Assembly: GCA_036172245.1 (NCBI GenBank)
Contig: JAYWIR010000023.1
Span: forward strand, 248,001 to 312,000
Length of the DNA stretch: 64,000 nt
DNA from: Raillietiella orientalis
Taxonomy: Eukaryota
Direction: 5' to 3'
The notes under the pieces are model-generated. The model saw only the letters and a program-made list of their open reading frames with translations. It made no database searches and was not told the DNA's origin. The position numbers and the translations under genes were made by a program. How positions within the stretch are numbered: the stretch's first letter is position 1; every line of letters begins with the position of its first letter. Of the stretch, positions 13,200-28,300 are shown piece after piece.

Positions 13200-16100
13200 A
13201 TGTACATGTACACCGGAGGGTGGTATCCCAGCTAAGACGCGTGCTAAGGCTTTCCGTTGCCCCAATACGAATGGAAGACGCGATTCTTCCATGAGCGTGT
13301 ATTCTTAACGTCTTGATACACTCCCGGATCTCCGATCCAGGATTAAGCAAATCAGGGAGGTGTCCGCCTTCACTCTACCCGGCTCAAATAGGGTGGGATG
13401 CAGCGATGGTCGCTTCTTCCCATTCGCTCGGGAAGGGTCTCCCGACTGGGCGGCATCCCGTGCCTACGGGAACGAACTCGGGAAGGCCGGCGCATTATCC
13501 TGGCGAAAGGATCGCTGGAGGTTCCAGCGCCTGCCTCTTCGTCGGAGGCGAGCGCCTTTGCTGCGGAGGTCGGAGCACACGCAAATCTCGAAGTCGCCTT
13601 GACCCTGTTGGTTGGGACCGAACCGTGGCTGACGTTGCCCCGCCGGTCAGCGAAGGGCCTGAAAGACAAATCGATTTCCGGAAGAGATCTTTTCCTTTGT
13701 CCCCTCCCCCCCCCCCACGCCCAATCGTTGCGCGGTTACGGTCGTGCGCTCGATGTTTTTGCCTGCGTGGAGCCCCCTCGGTTCCGTGTCTTCTCCCCGA
13801 ACATGAACCTTCCTTCCCATTCATCTCTGTGCCGTCTCCTGCATCCTGCCAGAGTGGGGAGGACAATCCTTGAGGACGGGTGCTCCTGCTGGGAAACGGG
13901 AACCCTTCCGGCCATCTCGTGAAACTTCAAAGTTGCCCCAGCGATTCAAGTCGAGCTGCGAGGATGGCAATTCAATCCTGAATTATGGCTTGCATCCTCG
14001 ATGAGATCATGCGTCTTCCCTGTGGATCATCCCCGCTGCACAGATACTCTGATAAAAAGGGCGTCCCGTGTGAAAGGAAAAGGTCATGGGGATCGAAATT
14101 TCCAGTGAATAGTTTCCTGGCTTTCCGGATAAAAAAAAAAAAGGGATGGGGAGGGGACAGAACAGTGGCAGCAACGGCGGAAGAAAAAGGTGTGCGGCCG
14201 AGCGCACGCGGTGTCGGCTCCCATCGAAGCCGAGCGCCAACAGCACTGCGACACGCGTGTGGACCCGGCGGGCCGGGACGGGGCGCGATTCTCCCCTGCC
14301 ACGAAGGGTGGACGGTCGGGTGGGTCGAAGCCCGCCGTCCGCTCTCCACGACGCGCAGGGTGCTACCGGGGAGGGCTGGGGCGCCCATGGAAGCAGCTGC
14401 AAGGGGACGGACCAGAGCTCTGCTCTAGGTGCGTCTCTCCCGACCGGGAAGAAGGGACTTTCGACCAGGAAACGATCCTGCGCGGTTTGCGCTCGGGGCG
14501 ACGGCGACATGTGCCAGGATCGTTTCCCCCCTTAAGTGTTATGGGGCCTCGTTGGCAGCAAAGGGTCGGGAAGGCTTTCCGACTGAAGAGGCTGCGCTGA
14601 TGATGGTGCTTGTGCAGGGACCGCTCGATGTGTTGCCAGGGGTGTTTCCTCGCGTGACGTTAGTTGAGCGGAAAATTTCGGGCAAGGTGCCGTGCCGAGC
14701 GGGTGGGAAGCGATCCCAGCTTGTAGATGGAGCTACGGAGGAGAGAGAACGCCGCTGCGCGCCAAGGAGCTGGACAGGCTACGGGAAATGGCGGCGGGGA
14801 TACGACTGACGGAAGGGGTTGCGGAGAAAGGGCGTAGGTTCGCGCCGTTCGAAAAGTGGGGGGGGGGGGTTAACGTTTGCTGTGCTCTCCACCCGCATCA
14901 TGCCCGAAAAACAAATGGGCGTGTAGACTAGGAGATGCGTTCCCTCTGCGGAAGAGGGAAGAGAGGAGGAAAAGGGGGAAGGAATGCTGTCCGGAGTGCG
15001 GTTGAGTGGATGGGGGAGGCCAGGCTTGGAGCGTTATTACCCCGGAGGGAGCAGGTGGGGGCAACGAGTGGGTAAATGAGAAAGGCAAGTGGCGAATGGG
15101 GAACGGAGGAATCCCGCCCGTCCCGGAGCCACCCGAACGGTTTCCCCGAGGCGTCCTGTCCTCCGCGCCCAGCTGTCCTCAGGGAGGACCCTCCCCCCTC
15201 CCGCCGCGCCGTCCGTCCGAAGATCGTCCCCTCCTCCCTGTTCCGACCTACCGGTCGCACACGTGCTGTGCCTAATAGGGGTGAGACAATAAACGGGCAG
15301 ATGGCCCCCGTCGGTTGGTGTGCCCAGCGGAAAGGAGGGGGGAGGAAGGGAGAATAGGTGATGGGGTGGAACCAGACTCGAGTTTCGGTCCTTCTGTGAC
15401 TCGGACCTCTCAGAGATTTGGCCAGGAATGCTCTGCGCCTGGAGACCACCCGCAGCCCTCTCGCCCGCAAGACGAGCTGTCTTCGGAGCAGCCTGAACTC
15501 CACGAAGGGAGGGCATCCATCTGGAGATTCCTCGCGAGGGTCCTTGGGGGTGCCTGGGGTGCCTGCCTTCCACTTCCCGGATTGATCACCTGCCCCCTCT
15601 GCTCCCTGAGTCGGAAGTGCAACCCGCAGTCCGCCCAGCGAGCTGTTGGGCGGGGGCGGAACGAAGGGAGGGAGGGGAAAGGCTCGACTTTGACCTCAGC
15701 AGCGATCCCAGTTCACGTAGGTGCTTCTTCAAGCTCCTCTGTGCTGCCATCGGAGGTCTCCTGAGGAGTCTTCTGCGACCCTCCTGCAAATACTCGACTC
15801 TTCTTCTGCTGTCTGTCGCAGAGCCGTGTTTTCCTCCTTTCCCTTCCCTTCTTCCTATCCTCCTTAGCTCCCGTTTCCAAAGCGCCGAGCAGCGAGGATC
15901 TCCCTCCTCTCTCGCGGTTCGACCGCGGGTTACCCTGTTCGCCTTTCCGGGAGGCTCGTCGGGAGCTGCACGTCTCCTCCCAAGTGCCAAAAGGATTTTA
16001 GTCAGGACGGCAGGAGTTCCCAGTTCTCGAACCCAGGGCGAACGGAGAGCGGGAGAGAGGTGCCGATTCCGGGGGAGGGAATTGCGGGCTCCCGCAAGAC

Positions 16101-17300
16101 CCGCCCTCCCGCTGCAACCGTTCCCATCTCGCGCGGGCGCGAGAGCTCCAGCGTTTCCAGGAGGGGCCGGAGGTACAGCGCACCTCCATCCACCACCAAC
16201 CGACCATCTTCGGTCAGCAGGCTGACCGACTGACCGCGCGCGCTCAGGAGAAAAAAAGCCAGGAGGGATTGTGGTGGGAGGACGAGGTTTTTGCAACACA
16301 CGCGGATGGCACTTCCTGGAGCGGATCCCGCCTCCCAGGCTTTGCCTGCCTCTCTCCCTCCCGCCTCCGTTTGTGCGGCCCCCCGGCCTCCATGACCGCA
16401 CTGGCTCTCGCGGACGGATCTGCTTCCGGTTCCAGTGCTGTAAGGACGGGAGCGAACGGAACATGGATGAAGAACCGCCGGGTGCGGTGGTGGCCGTTTT
16501 CTGACCCTCTCCGAGGGTCAGTAAACGACGAGACGCGAGCAGCTCGGGAGAGGAGACCGTGCCCCCCCCCCTTCTCTTTCTATCTTATACTCTTCTCGCA
16601 TTTAAGGCGGTCTCCTTGGTTACGCGGCGCGGCTCCTCTCGCTCGCCGGCCGTCCTTCTGCCGGTCTTCTTTCTTCTTTCTCGTGCCAGTGAGAGCTTTA
16701 AAGAGGTCCAAGAGCGACCGCATGGTCGCCCGGCTGGAGGACATGATGATCCCCTGAGGGTTCTCGGAGGTCCCACGCGGGCGTTCCCTCTGGTCGCTCC
16801 CCTCACTCCTCCTCCTCGCGAAACAGATTCGAGACAGAGCGGAGGCGGGGAGAACCGCCTCCTTTTCCAGAAATTCTCCGGCTGACCCTGGAGCCTTTCC
16901 AAGAGCTCCAGGGTCGGCCGAAGGGAATGCCGCACTGAGTTCTTCGAGAGCCGTCGTGTTCCTCCGCCATCTCACGCCTTCTGGCGCTGGGCGCCCCCAC
17001 GGCTTCTGCCAGAAGTCATCGATCCCGCGATATGAGTCCCCGAGCAGACCGTCTGCGCGTGCTCGAAACCTCTTCCGCACGGCGCGCCCGCCCTCAGAGG
17101 TGCAGCTGGCTCCTTGTGGCACGCAGGATCTGGGTCTCTGCGTGCGCGCGCGCGCGAACGAAACGAGTCTGAGCCCAGCATGCTGCGGGTCTGCTTGCCA
17201 AGCGACAGGTCGCTGCGGAAACCAGACATCGCACGGGCCGACCCGCCAGAAAAACTTCCGGTGCGGGCGGAGATCAAAAGCACACCGCTGCGTCCTGCCC
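13200..17300 (-). mobile_element. Decayed L1/Tx1-like element (fossil C): ORF2 plus probable ORF1 remnant
   Basis: Minus-strand order: TALNARRV*DRKRR (~16600, endonuclease start), WKRELRR linker (~15870), GTLPEIFRSTNVT (~14680), LAHV..GSFPGR (~14470-14520), SPSLFFFYPE (~14140), IAGATLKF (~13935), VFHSYWG (~13265). Confidence 0.55.
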
Positions 17301-19999
17301 GATACGATCAGGGCTCCCGGGAGGCGCAACAGAAGGGGGAAAGCTGCTTCGCCGCGGTCGGGACCTGCGCCAAGTGACTCTCCTTATTTCTTCGGACGTC
17401 CTCCTCAGGAAGGGGTGACCACAGGGATTGCCACGCGGGCAAGGAGGAAGAGGAGGAGGGAAAAGCAACTCTTTCTTCCTTCTCTGGCCTCGGGACTTTG
17501 CGTCCGATAAAAAGAGGGCACGCACCTCGCTACCGAAAAGGCCCCGAAGCTACCCATTTCCTCAGCGACCGCCGGCACGGAGAGGTACAAGGGAGTGGGG
17601 ACCGGACGGAGACAGTTCCCGGAGGCACTAGACGACAGCTCTGGATTGCTCTGCGGCGCGAGGCAATCTGTCTTTGGACACTTTCCTCAGAGGAACCGTG
17701 GACCTCTTGGCTACCCAGTTCCCAGGGAAGTCGGAGTGCTAATGGTGGTGTGTGCTAACCGACACTCTGGGTCTCCGGTCTCTGGGCAGGAGGTTACTGG
17801 CATTGATGACAGATGCGAGAGTGCCTTTGGAGGCCGAGAGATTCGCCTCGGTGGTTCATATGAACCATCAGCGCCGAAACGAGAACGCGAGGATAAGAAA
17901 CATCCCCTGAGGGCAAAATCTATTTCTAGGCGCTGTCTTGGAGACTGCTTTGACGAGTTCCTACAAACAAAGGCGTATTGCCTCGTCACCTGCTGCCAAA
18001 CTCTTCCCGGCATAGTATTAATATTCATCTTCCACGTCTGCTCAGCAAACGATGAATAAGAAAACATCCTCAGCCTCCCTTGAGAAGAGCGTCTCGTCCT
18101 GAGAGGAATTTCCTTCATCCAGCCCTCATGCAGTTGCACTTAATTTGGCTTCTGGTGCGCGGCATCTACTGAATATTTGATCCGGACTTCTGACAAGCTC
18201 AGAGGGCACACAAAGTATACAAGGATGCGATTTCGGGAAGCAGGCGGTTTGGTTGCCGAACCAGTTCTCCCGGAAAGTCTCTTCTTGAGTGCGTTTCGAT
18301 TCAGGTCGCGATGCCGAACGAGGAGAAATGGACGTCCTTGTTATCCCCCTCCTCAATAGTAAGTAAAGTTGCGATGCCTAACAGCCTTTGAAGTCTTGCG
18401 CTCGCAACGGATGAGATGGGTGTCTCTTGGGAAGAACAAACCTCCCCAGAAATATAAAGAATACGTGTCGTTGCAGACACGTGCGAAGATGAGCAAAGAC
18501 GCAAACAACGGGGAGCGTCAAGTTATTCCCGGAAGTCTCAGATTGGCAGTGAGGGAGAACGCATTGTTTTCATAGAAACACGGAAACAAAACAAAACAAG
18601 GAAGCAAAATCCAGTAGTGGCTTTTCTCCATCTGAAAAGATCCGTTTCGATGTTACAATAATCACCATCGCGTTTTCTTTCTTCTCTCCAAGGCGGAGAG
18701 AGCTCTTCGTGTCTTCGCACCGAGCACTTCGGCTCCTAGTGATGATAATAATCACTGGAACGAGCGCGCATTATGGAAATCCTTTCTGGATGTATCGAGT
18801 GCAAGAAACACCGTGGACCTTTCCGTTCTTCCGCATGATAAAAAGAGAATTGGTTCGAAAGGTTGATAATGGTCCAGCCTGCGCCTGTTCAATAATTTTG
18901 TCGACTTCGCTTCACCAACCGCTCTCAGCCAGAGATGCGTACATTCCATTTTTCGTCATCTTGCCGAAACAAAAAATGGAAGCAAGGACCGAATGATAAG
19001 AGGCAGTGGTCAGACTGAAAAGTGTACCAAGGAGATTGGGTGGAGGGGGGGGGGGGCTTTAACTAACCATCCCTCTTTTCAATTTCAGCACCCTTGACTC
19101 TCCGTCCTCCGGTTTCGTTTTTTCTTCTTCTTTTGCTTCTTGCAAGATGCTAATGGATACCGTTTTTTCGTGAGCATTTGCATCTTCATGAAGCCAAAGC
19201 AAAAGTTTGCAGGCGAAAACAGCCGCTCGCATTTTCCCTGGAACCGGCGGCAACACCTTCGGTGCGTAACCGAACATTCCGCTCCGGTTGCTGCGGGAGG
19301 GAAGAAAAAAACTGGACCAACTCCGGGCGCGATAGTCGAGGATGGCGCTTGTGCATTCCATAGGCACGAGCAGGATATGGAACGTTTCGTGACATGGAGC
19401 CATTAATACGCTGCGTTTTTTATATTTTTTTTACCTTTTTTTTACCTTTTTTTTTTCTTCCTCCTCTAACCGGCCTTTCGTGTGCAGGGTGTCTCGAAAC
19501 AACTGCACTATGCGCAAGTTGTGGATTCCCGGCGAAACAAATGGGAACATATTTTATTTTGTACTGTAGACGTCTCCGATGGAGGACGACGGACCGGTCG
19601 AATGTGAGGTTTTTGTAAATGAGGTCAGACTTGAAATTTTGTTTATTTTACTTTTCATTTTTTTTTTTTTTTACTGTACGAGTATGAGGCGCAACGTGTT
19701 CGTAAAATCCGTGTTTGAAAAAAAAAAAATCGACTTCTTTTGGAACGCTACAGAAATTCCATTGCTTTTCAGTATCTGGTTTCTCTATTAGTAGAGTTTT
19801 CGAGAGCCGCTTCCAGAGTAATTTTTGTATGACAATCGGAAGGATCCCTCTGAAGGAATTTCAACGGAATTTCATCTAAGAGAAGAGAATGCGAGGGTTT
19901 TTCTTTTCTTTTCTTTTTTTTTTCCAGCTTCCCTTCAAGGCAGAACGTTCCTGCAGCCCGCAACGGCATTTCACACTGCAAAGTGACAACGGAAACATA

Positions 20000-22900
20000 A
20001 TTGCTGTTTCATGGATAACATATGAACATGCTCCATTGCTTCACTGATGCTTAGTTCGATCCGAACTGTCTTCGAGATGGTGAGCACATAAACCTTGCCT
20101 GCAGCTAACTCATGCCCTGCCAGGAACGCTACGTTCCTGTCTGCAGCGTACAGCTGGAAAACCGGGAAAATTATCGTCAGGAGAACTGCGGAATTTCTCT
20201 CCTCTTGCAAAAGCCGGCAAATCACGATGAGAACGAGCAGACATTCCTCAATTGAGGGATTCTCTGGATTCAGCGTTCTCGATTTGTTTCCTTTTCCCTT
20301 CTTTTTTTTTTTTTCCTTCTTGAGGGGAAAACGAAGCAGGTCGAAACAAAACAAACCTTCCTTGCTACTGGACTATTTTCCGAGTACTGCACTGAAATCT
20401 GGGAGAAAAATCAAGTCTTCCTGATTACCCTCCCTCCCAAAAAGCTGTAGGCTTAAGAACATCACAATTTTGTTATTGCTGTATTGGACGCTGATATTTT
20501 TTATGCATTGACTGCTTACACAAAAATCGTTTCTTCTTGGGGAATGCTGAACCGAGAGGAAAGGAAGGAACTTTTAAGACGATTACCAAAGTTCTGTGAC
20601 TTCTTAACCCCGAACTGATAAAGCTTAAAGCCTCTTCTATGACTTGGGATGCTCCGACAGAAATGGACTCTGTCACTTAAGATTGCAAAGGCAGGAGGAG
20701 CCAAACTAATTCCACAATTCCAGTGGTTTCCACGTTTTCTATAATGGCTCATCCTCTGGCTTGGGAAACACGCCGTGGCGCATCCTTCTTGACGAAGGTT
20801 GTTCTTACGTTTCGAAATCAACATATTTTAGATATTAAGTTTTAGCGAATGCCCTTGAGCGACAAAAACAAGAACTTCCGACAGCCTAACGCCGATATTG
20901 AGGGAATTGTAGCTGCTTCAGTCACATTGTACAACCAGATGGCTTACAGAGTTTCCTTTAAAAAATTAGAAAAAAGGATTATCTTCTGAAAATGCCGTTT
21001 TTCTGCATCTTCCGTACTTATTACGAAGTCGAAATCAGCGTGCTCTGCAAGTTTTCCAGGACACCCAGCATCCTCTGGTCATCCGGTGCCCGAAGCCGCC
21101 GAAGCCAAGGCGCGCTTCCCTCACTCTTCGGAGACAGTGCCATCCTATTCGTTCCTTCCTTGGTCTTTGCATGTCTCAAACGGCGCGCGTAACTCGAAAT
21201 GTGTACCGCTGATGCAAGTCTGTACAAGTTGCAGTCGACTTAGTGCTTCCCTCCAGAACGAAAGCACGCAAAGTACAGACGACAGCATTGCTCCGCAAAG
21301 GAACAGCACTTTTTGAAACGTTGACTTTACCCAAACAGTGACAAGAGGTCGGTCTATTTGACAGTTGTGCCTAATGTATGCAAACTGTACCCGCTCAACC
21401 GCACGTATAACATAATCACATTTTTTTCGTAGAACTCGGAACTCACTCTAGTGTTATAGCTCTATGTCTTCATTATTTGGTCACACATTTAGAATCTTCT
21501 CCATAAAAATTGTGGTTATAAACATTGAATTGTTTTGCTCACGGGAATGGATGTGCTGGTGCATATCTTTCAACAAACTTCGAGCGATGGACCTTCGTGT
21601 AATCACACAGAGAACTGAGTTCTTGATGGAATGGTACATAATGTATGCAGATGGTAACATTGTATCCTGCGCTAACATTGGCTTGCCCGAAGTCCCTGGA
21701 TGATCTCTAAAGTCAGGTTTATAAACCGAAACTTTATGCATGTGAGAAATGGAGATTTCAGCTTGAAATACCTGTTCCGTCCGGAAGCTGGAAACATACC
21801 TTTTTATGTGATACGTAAATCATGTAGTCTTCCATGAACGTTGTTGTCCCATTCCCATTATGGGTCCGACCATACAGTAATATCTGATCCACATATCTGC
21901 AGTATCCGAAGAAGTTCCTCGGAACATCTTGCTAGAATGCAAGTTGCTGCGCTGGTCTGCAGCAAGAGCGGACGTTGGAATCGAATTATGAGGGACGTAG
22001 GAGCATCCTTTCCCCAGTCAGGAAAAATCGCACGGAATCACTTTTTCTCTGATCGTCGTTCTCCTGCTACTCCGTGGCTGCTTCCCATCTTCCACCACGT
22101 GGGCAGGTTGCATCTCCCAGAGCTTCCCTCCATCGTAAATAACAGAAGCGTTACCTGCTGTTGCTTACGATGGCACGCTCTACTCTCTTGATCGTGTTGC
22201 TTCTCGATTCTCTCTGAATTCGGCGAACATCTGTTCTGCACGGTTTCTTCTTTCAACGATTATAAAAATTCTCACTCTGGTTTCCGCCACTCAACGTAGT
22301 GAATCTGCAGACGCCATGGGTATGAAACTTGGTTTGGTCACTCTGCTCGTCCTAATAGGTAAAGAACGAAAACAAACACAAAGACCGTAAAGACAGGATA
22401 GAGTAAAAAAAAAAAAAAAAAAGGAAAAGGGTGTTGGTGAGAGCAACGTTTGGGTGGTGGTTGTTGGTGGTTGAGGACCCCCCAGGGATGATTGGTTTGC
22501 TTTGGTTGGAGGGTTCGGAGCTGCCGCTCCCGCCATGCAGACGTAGGCGCTGCACCACATCAAACTGGGGAGGAAGCCACAGAATCGTTCTCCAACCTTC
22601 TCTGGAATTCCATGTTCTTTGCTTTTTAGGACTTATGGTAGAATGCAACGCACAGTCCGGAATAGACCTTCCTTTGAGTCAGGTGCTTGCTACTGTGGAC
22701 ACTTTCAAGTAAGTAGAAAGACTGGTGGTTCTAGAAAATGTGACAAATCCCCCCTCCCTTCTTTTTTTTTTTTTTTGTTTCCTTCCCGATATCCAGCAAT
22801 GTCTTAAGGAAAGTGAAGAGTCTGTCATCATTTGAGGAAAAATTCCGGGACGCCTTTGCCAAGATCGAGGGAATCTCACCAGAATCCCTGATCCAGATCC

Positions 22901-25300
22901 GGAAATCCCTGAAAAAGATATTTTCCCACGATGTCGATATCTTCCAGTCCATCATCAGCCCGATGATGAGAGGCGACGGCGACGCCATCGAAAACACTGT
23001 GACGTATGAACACTATGAGAACACTATCTTTCCTTCTCGTTCTTGCTCCACGATGCTTAGCTTTCGGGAGGGAAAGGGAAGGAATGCACGCGCGTGTATG
23101 CAATAAGAGTTGGAACAAACGTCCTCGTCGACGACGCCATTGTGTGTTCCGCTGATTCCTCTCGAGCTCTTCGAAATAGCGCAGCTGCCGGAAACTCCTT
23201 GTTCCTCGCTCGTGTGTATCCATTCCACTTTCCAGGCTTAAGGGAGCACCTCTCGGCGTTCGGCGAACGTAACAAGCCGTGCTCTCCTGCCCTGTCTCTC
23301 GTATTTCCCACAGGATGCGTGCACTCCTTGGGAAAGCAGGAGGGAGGGAGGTGTCCTATCCCGATACATTCTTAGAGCCACGGAGCACGTTCCTTGCCTG
23401 GTTAGTCGTCTATACGGATCCACCGTTCGCGCTCCCTGTCCTAAGCTTAACCCTCTTATCTAATCGTTCCTTCCATCTTCTCCCTCCTTCGTCTCCTTCG
23501 GTTTCCCCCTTTCGATTGGTTTAGCAGGCGTCAGCGGGGGTGCTTGGATGGATTGAGTGAAACATAGGGTCATCGGGAGAAAGGATGTGGGACGCCCAAC
23601 TGCAGGAGCTTTCGCGGGCGGCCAGGAGGCTCTGCTCGCATCTGGCTCGCATTCTTCCCGAAACCGATGTGTGCTTGCTGACCTTCGGCTTTCCGTTCCA
23701 GAGTTCTCCAGGACCTGTTCCAGAAGCCATTCGAAGGAATCAAAGACATCACCGAGGTACTCATGAGCTCGTCAGCCGACACTTACTCCGCGTACGAGAA
23801 TCTCAGTCCTGTGCTGCAGGACCTCTCCTTCACCACGGTGCGACTGGGAAAGGAAATCTTTCACGAAATAGCTGGATAGAAGGTCCTCTTCCCCCCATCC
23901 CTTGAAGGCTGAGAAAACTCGCAATAGCATGCCCATTAAAAGCTGGCTGCTTCACATATCACCCGGGGTGTCGCTGCTGTTGTCATTCGGCGTTCCTCAA
24001 AGACTCTGCTCCGAGATCCTTAGCAAGGGCGAGGGAGGTTCCAGTTTGCTTAGGTAGAGGAAGGGAGATTACTCCATGTCATATCTCTCTCCAGACTTCT
24101 CCGGAATCTTCAAACTCGCTCAGAAAGGACACGTGTTTTTTTTTTTTTGGGGGGGGGGGTTCCGAAAGGAGCCACAGAAGCAAGTTCGGATTGGGTTCGG
24201 ACCCATTTTAGCCGTGGGAATCATCTTTCAGGTCACTCTGGCCAAAGGGTACTGGAAGTGCGGACGACACTGCCATTTAGATGCTGCGTCTGAGCTTTTC
24301 CTGCTGCCTCTCAGGAGACGGAGGATGGGAGCGTGCAAGGATGCCTCCGGTTACTCCTGGGGGGGAGAAAAAATCAAGGATGCTGAAGAGGATAAGGACC
24401 GAGATAGGGTGGTTTGTTTCATTGCAGTGGAGATGGGTCAGGTGAGGCAAAAAATGCACTGAGAGCGAGAGGGTGTGGACAGCTGGTTGTCTCGAGGACG
24501 GAAGAAGCGTGGCACGCGCTCTCTCGTCTTCCTGAAGACCAAGGATCCTTTTCCTGACTACAATCTTCCCAATCCCAGCTTACTGGAGACCCCTTGGCAT
24601 ATGGGCATCTTCCTATTCTGAGGTTTCCACGTAGAGAAAGCTGTCGTGGGCGGCCAAGTCACTGCAACGGCATAGCTGGCGACGTTGGGGGAGCACACGC
24701 GCTTTGGGAGTCGCGTCTGCCTACCTCCCTTTTCATCTCTCGATTCCCTGGCGCTCGAGATGCATGTCTGGACACCTTGTAGGTGCCAGCATGAAGAAGA
24801 GCTTTGTTCCACCTTCTTGAGTGTCCGTCCCGAGTCCTCCCTCACTCGGCATCCTCCCACCAATGCTCGCGGGTGGAACCTGGGTGTCTTCAGACTGTTC
24901 TCCCCACCTCGCTCGCGGATTTTCCATCGCTGCTGCCGTCTTTAGGCTTATCCCTGCTGCTGTGGCTGCTAGCTTCCCTTCCTTGGAGGAAGTGTGCCCA
25001 CTTTTCGTGCCCATATGGTTGGCTCTCCCGCTTCATCGGCTGCTCCCCTTCCCTGCCTCTTACCGCTCCCTACTTCCTACTGGAGCGAACCACGTAGGAT
25101 CACGAGTATGGCCCCCAGTAGAGAAAAAAGAGAGATGCCACTGCCTATTCTCTAGCCGCCAATCCTTATGATCCTCCCCATCCTGGTGACTGGCTTCGGA
25201 TGTTCATGAGACGTCCTTGCACGCATGCTTGCGGCGATCCCCCGCTACGGGTGACCTGCCCCCGTCAAGGAGCAGACAGGAACGCCTGTGCCGGTTTCCG
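20000..25300 (-). mobile_element. Decayed L1/Tx1-like element (fossil D)
   Basis: Minus-strand order: knuckle-like remnant (~25220), SPNVAS and D...LQ* (~24680-24580), SGEIPS (~22870), NVSAGYNVTICI (~21660, YADD position), DLLSLF/GKVNVSK (~21330), HAKTKEG (~21160), EAMEHV (~20030). Confidence 0.55.
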
Positions 25301-28300
25301 AAGAGGGTCCGAGGGTGATTTTAACACCAGGCAGTGGTAGCCCTTCGATCCAAAATGCAGCTCTCAAAGCGATCGCCATCAGCATTCGAGAAGGCCCCCT
25401 ACTGTCCAAGAAGCAGTAACAGTCTCATTAGGGCTATGGTCTCTTGCAACGAGAGCAGTCATCCCTTCCGCGTCCCTGTGCGCTTGAGAGGAGTCTCCGA
25501 AAGTCTAACTGTGCAAGAGCTCCTTGTCTAAGAGCGCGATGGTCGTTGCTTGGAGGTACAGTAACTTCGAGGATGTCCCTCACTCCTACGAAAGAAAAAT
25601 CGGCAGAGTCGCTCGCAGATTTCGTTTCAGTAGGCAAGACTCGAAGTGAGGAGATGCACGAGCACCATACCTACCTGAAAACAGTATCAGGAGATTATGG
25701 AGTTTTCCGGAATGGAGCAGAGAACACTCGGGACCATCCGGAGGAAGGCACGAATCTGCAGTAGAAAATGCCTCCCCGAGCGTGTTGAAGTCCGGAGGGA
25801 CAGCTCCGTTGGAGTGAAAGTCACGAGTTGTCCCTCAGCAGGCAAAACAACCTCCGTGCACCCTCCGTCTCCAAGCAAGCGACCCATCGATGCAGATTGA
25901 ACAAACGCCTTCTCGGGAGCCGAGTGAGCGTCGCAGTCGATGCAAGTCACCAATGGTGAGATGGCAGACCTCATCACCATGAGGAAATGGAGGTTGGTTT
26001 CCGCATGGTCTCAATGGCTGATGGAAAAGGAAAAAAATAGAAAGAAAATGAGCCCAGGAGCAGAGAAGGTACCAACGAAACTATGACAATCAAAAAAAAG
26101 AAAGAAGAAGGTTGATAGAAAGCAAGAAATTCTCATTAAGGATGCAGTACGCATTAAAGAATCCTCAAATTTAAAGGAAATAACCCGAGCTAAGCGCCGG
26201 AACCCGTCCTTCCATTTATGTAGTTGATTGCTGATTGGTAGAAAATTTGTATTTTCTTTTCCCTCTGAAGTGGTTTTGTACTCCTGGACGAGCTCACCAA
26301 ACGTGCGTAAAACTCTGACAGAAGGGCAGGGAAAATTCGAACTTTGTCATTAGCTCCCGTTTAATGCACGAAGCAGTCAGGAAAATGAACTGACCGCATT
26401 TGGCAGAGTTTCGTGGCCAATTTTTCTGAACCTGAACTTTGTAATTAATGACTAGGACAAAACTCCGTCTTCTCCCCAATTGTATCTCCACCCCACTCGA
26501 TCTCTACATCCTTCATCTTTCAAATGTCATTCTCACTCCATTATTTATTATACTCGCTCCAAGGGAAAAAGTTGCAGCATTGTAACTCCCTCATCCCAAT
26601 CCTTACTAAGAGCTCTCAGAAAAAAAAAGGCCACATTGAGATTTTTTAGCTAAAGGACAAATTATACTAAGGGTCTTCTGAGCTATCCGCGTGTCAATCT
26701 CGTTTAAAGCGAGATTAACGCACAGATAAATAATTACAAAAATTACGATGAATAAACGAACGGCCATGATCTTGACGGACAAAATAAATCAAATAAATTA
26801 TAAATACATACGTAAGGAGGGAAACAAGGAATAATCTGGAAACAAATAAATTATATGCACATTTTTGCATGCAAATTAATAACGAAAAAAAAAAAATGTC
26901 CAAAGTAACAACGAAACAAAAACAAAAAGAATCTTTCTGAAACAAGGAATTATTTGCATGAGGTTAAATAATTTCATGAGAGCGTTTTGGTTACATCCTC
27001 CTCAGGTCCTTCAAGTTCCTCACATGCCGTTTATGTTTTGAGTATTCACGTATCTCATACGTAGTTTCGGGATAGACTTGGGAACGTTCTAGGAAAACTG
27101 GATAATCTTGGACTTCATTGAACGCACCTGGCACACCCTATGTGCAGGAAATGGAAACGCACGTCCTGTGAGCTCGTGTGAGGTTATTGCCGAGCAGCAA
27201 GCAAATGGCTGACTTTTACTCAAAAGTACCAAAATATGAAAATCGGTTGCCGTGTACTCCTTTCGAAATGTCGGGCGCGTTTTTTTTTTTCATCTTCCTT
27301 TGCCTATATCAAAAGCCAACTAAATAGTTAATCGAAGTCGTGCTTTGGACCGCAAGCTGTTGCCTCCTAACCGAGAAGCTCATTTAAAATTCATATCACC
27401 CCCAATTTTTCTCAGCCTATTTTTGCTCCGATGCACGCTGCCTGCTTTTTCCGAGAGTGAGCACGGCATGCTGAAAGTCGGAGGAAAAATTCAAAAATTT
27501 CTTTCCTTTTTTTTTTTTTTCTTTTTTCCTTCCTCCGTCGAGATTAAAAAGTTTGATGAAGAGAGCAGTGGGAGGGGGTGGGGAGGAGGGAAGAGTCCTG
27601 GATCTGTATTGCAGAAATCACTTGTTAATCGAATCAGAAATCCGTTTCTGGAAAAGGGAAAGAAGTAATGGAATTACGATGCAAGTTTGAAAATTATGAA
27701 GGATGAGAACAGGAAAAAGAAAAAAAAATTGTACGTGCAATCATGACAAATGCGTGCCAGATTGGATCACATGGACACGCCGTTCCAGCGCCGTGCAATG
27801 TGGAATCCAACCGCACGCGCTGGAAGGAGAGTGCTCGAAAGACCGAGAAGATCATTTCTCTGTTGAAGAAGAAGAATTTTTTTTCTCTGTTTCCTTTTTC
27901 TGATTACGGCACGAGCGTGGGCCCCCGCGAGCTCCGCCGTTTTCGTAATAGAGTTTTGTTTTGAAGTACCGCTGAGATTCAAATGAGCGAAACGGAGCTC
28001 TGCGGAGAGTTTCGAAGGGGCGAGGCGGCGGTTGACGGAGTTTCGTTGGGGTTTTTCGCGGAGCCGCTGAAATTCCTGCAGCCGGAAAGTGAAATGGTCC
28101 AGTCGAAGATCTTCTCACCCGTGCTGCGTTGCAGTTTCGCGTGAATCCTTCCGTGTGTGCTGCAAGGCCCTTCTTACCACTCCCTGCTCAGACCAGTGTC
28201 GCACGATAGATCGAGTTTTAGGGTATGGATGATAACAAGCAACTAATAAACCCGATTCTCATACAGTTTGTGTGCTCATTTCTAATTTCAAGTGGCTGAC

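Noticed and set aside
13370..13669. Possible minus-strand terminal exon after TTTCAG
   Set aside because: The translation is featureless and the segment lies within fossil C.
16020..16040. Isolated B-box-like GGTTCGA (also near 20055 and 59238)
   Set aside because: No A-box at the proper spacing and no stems.
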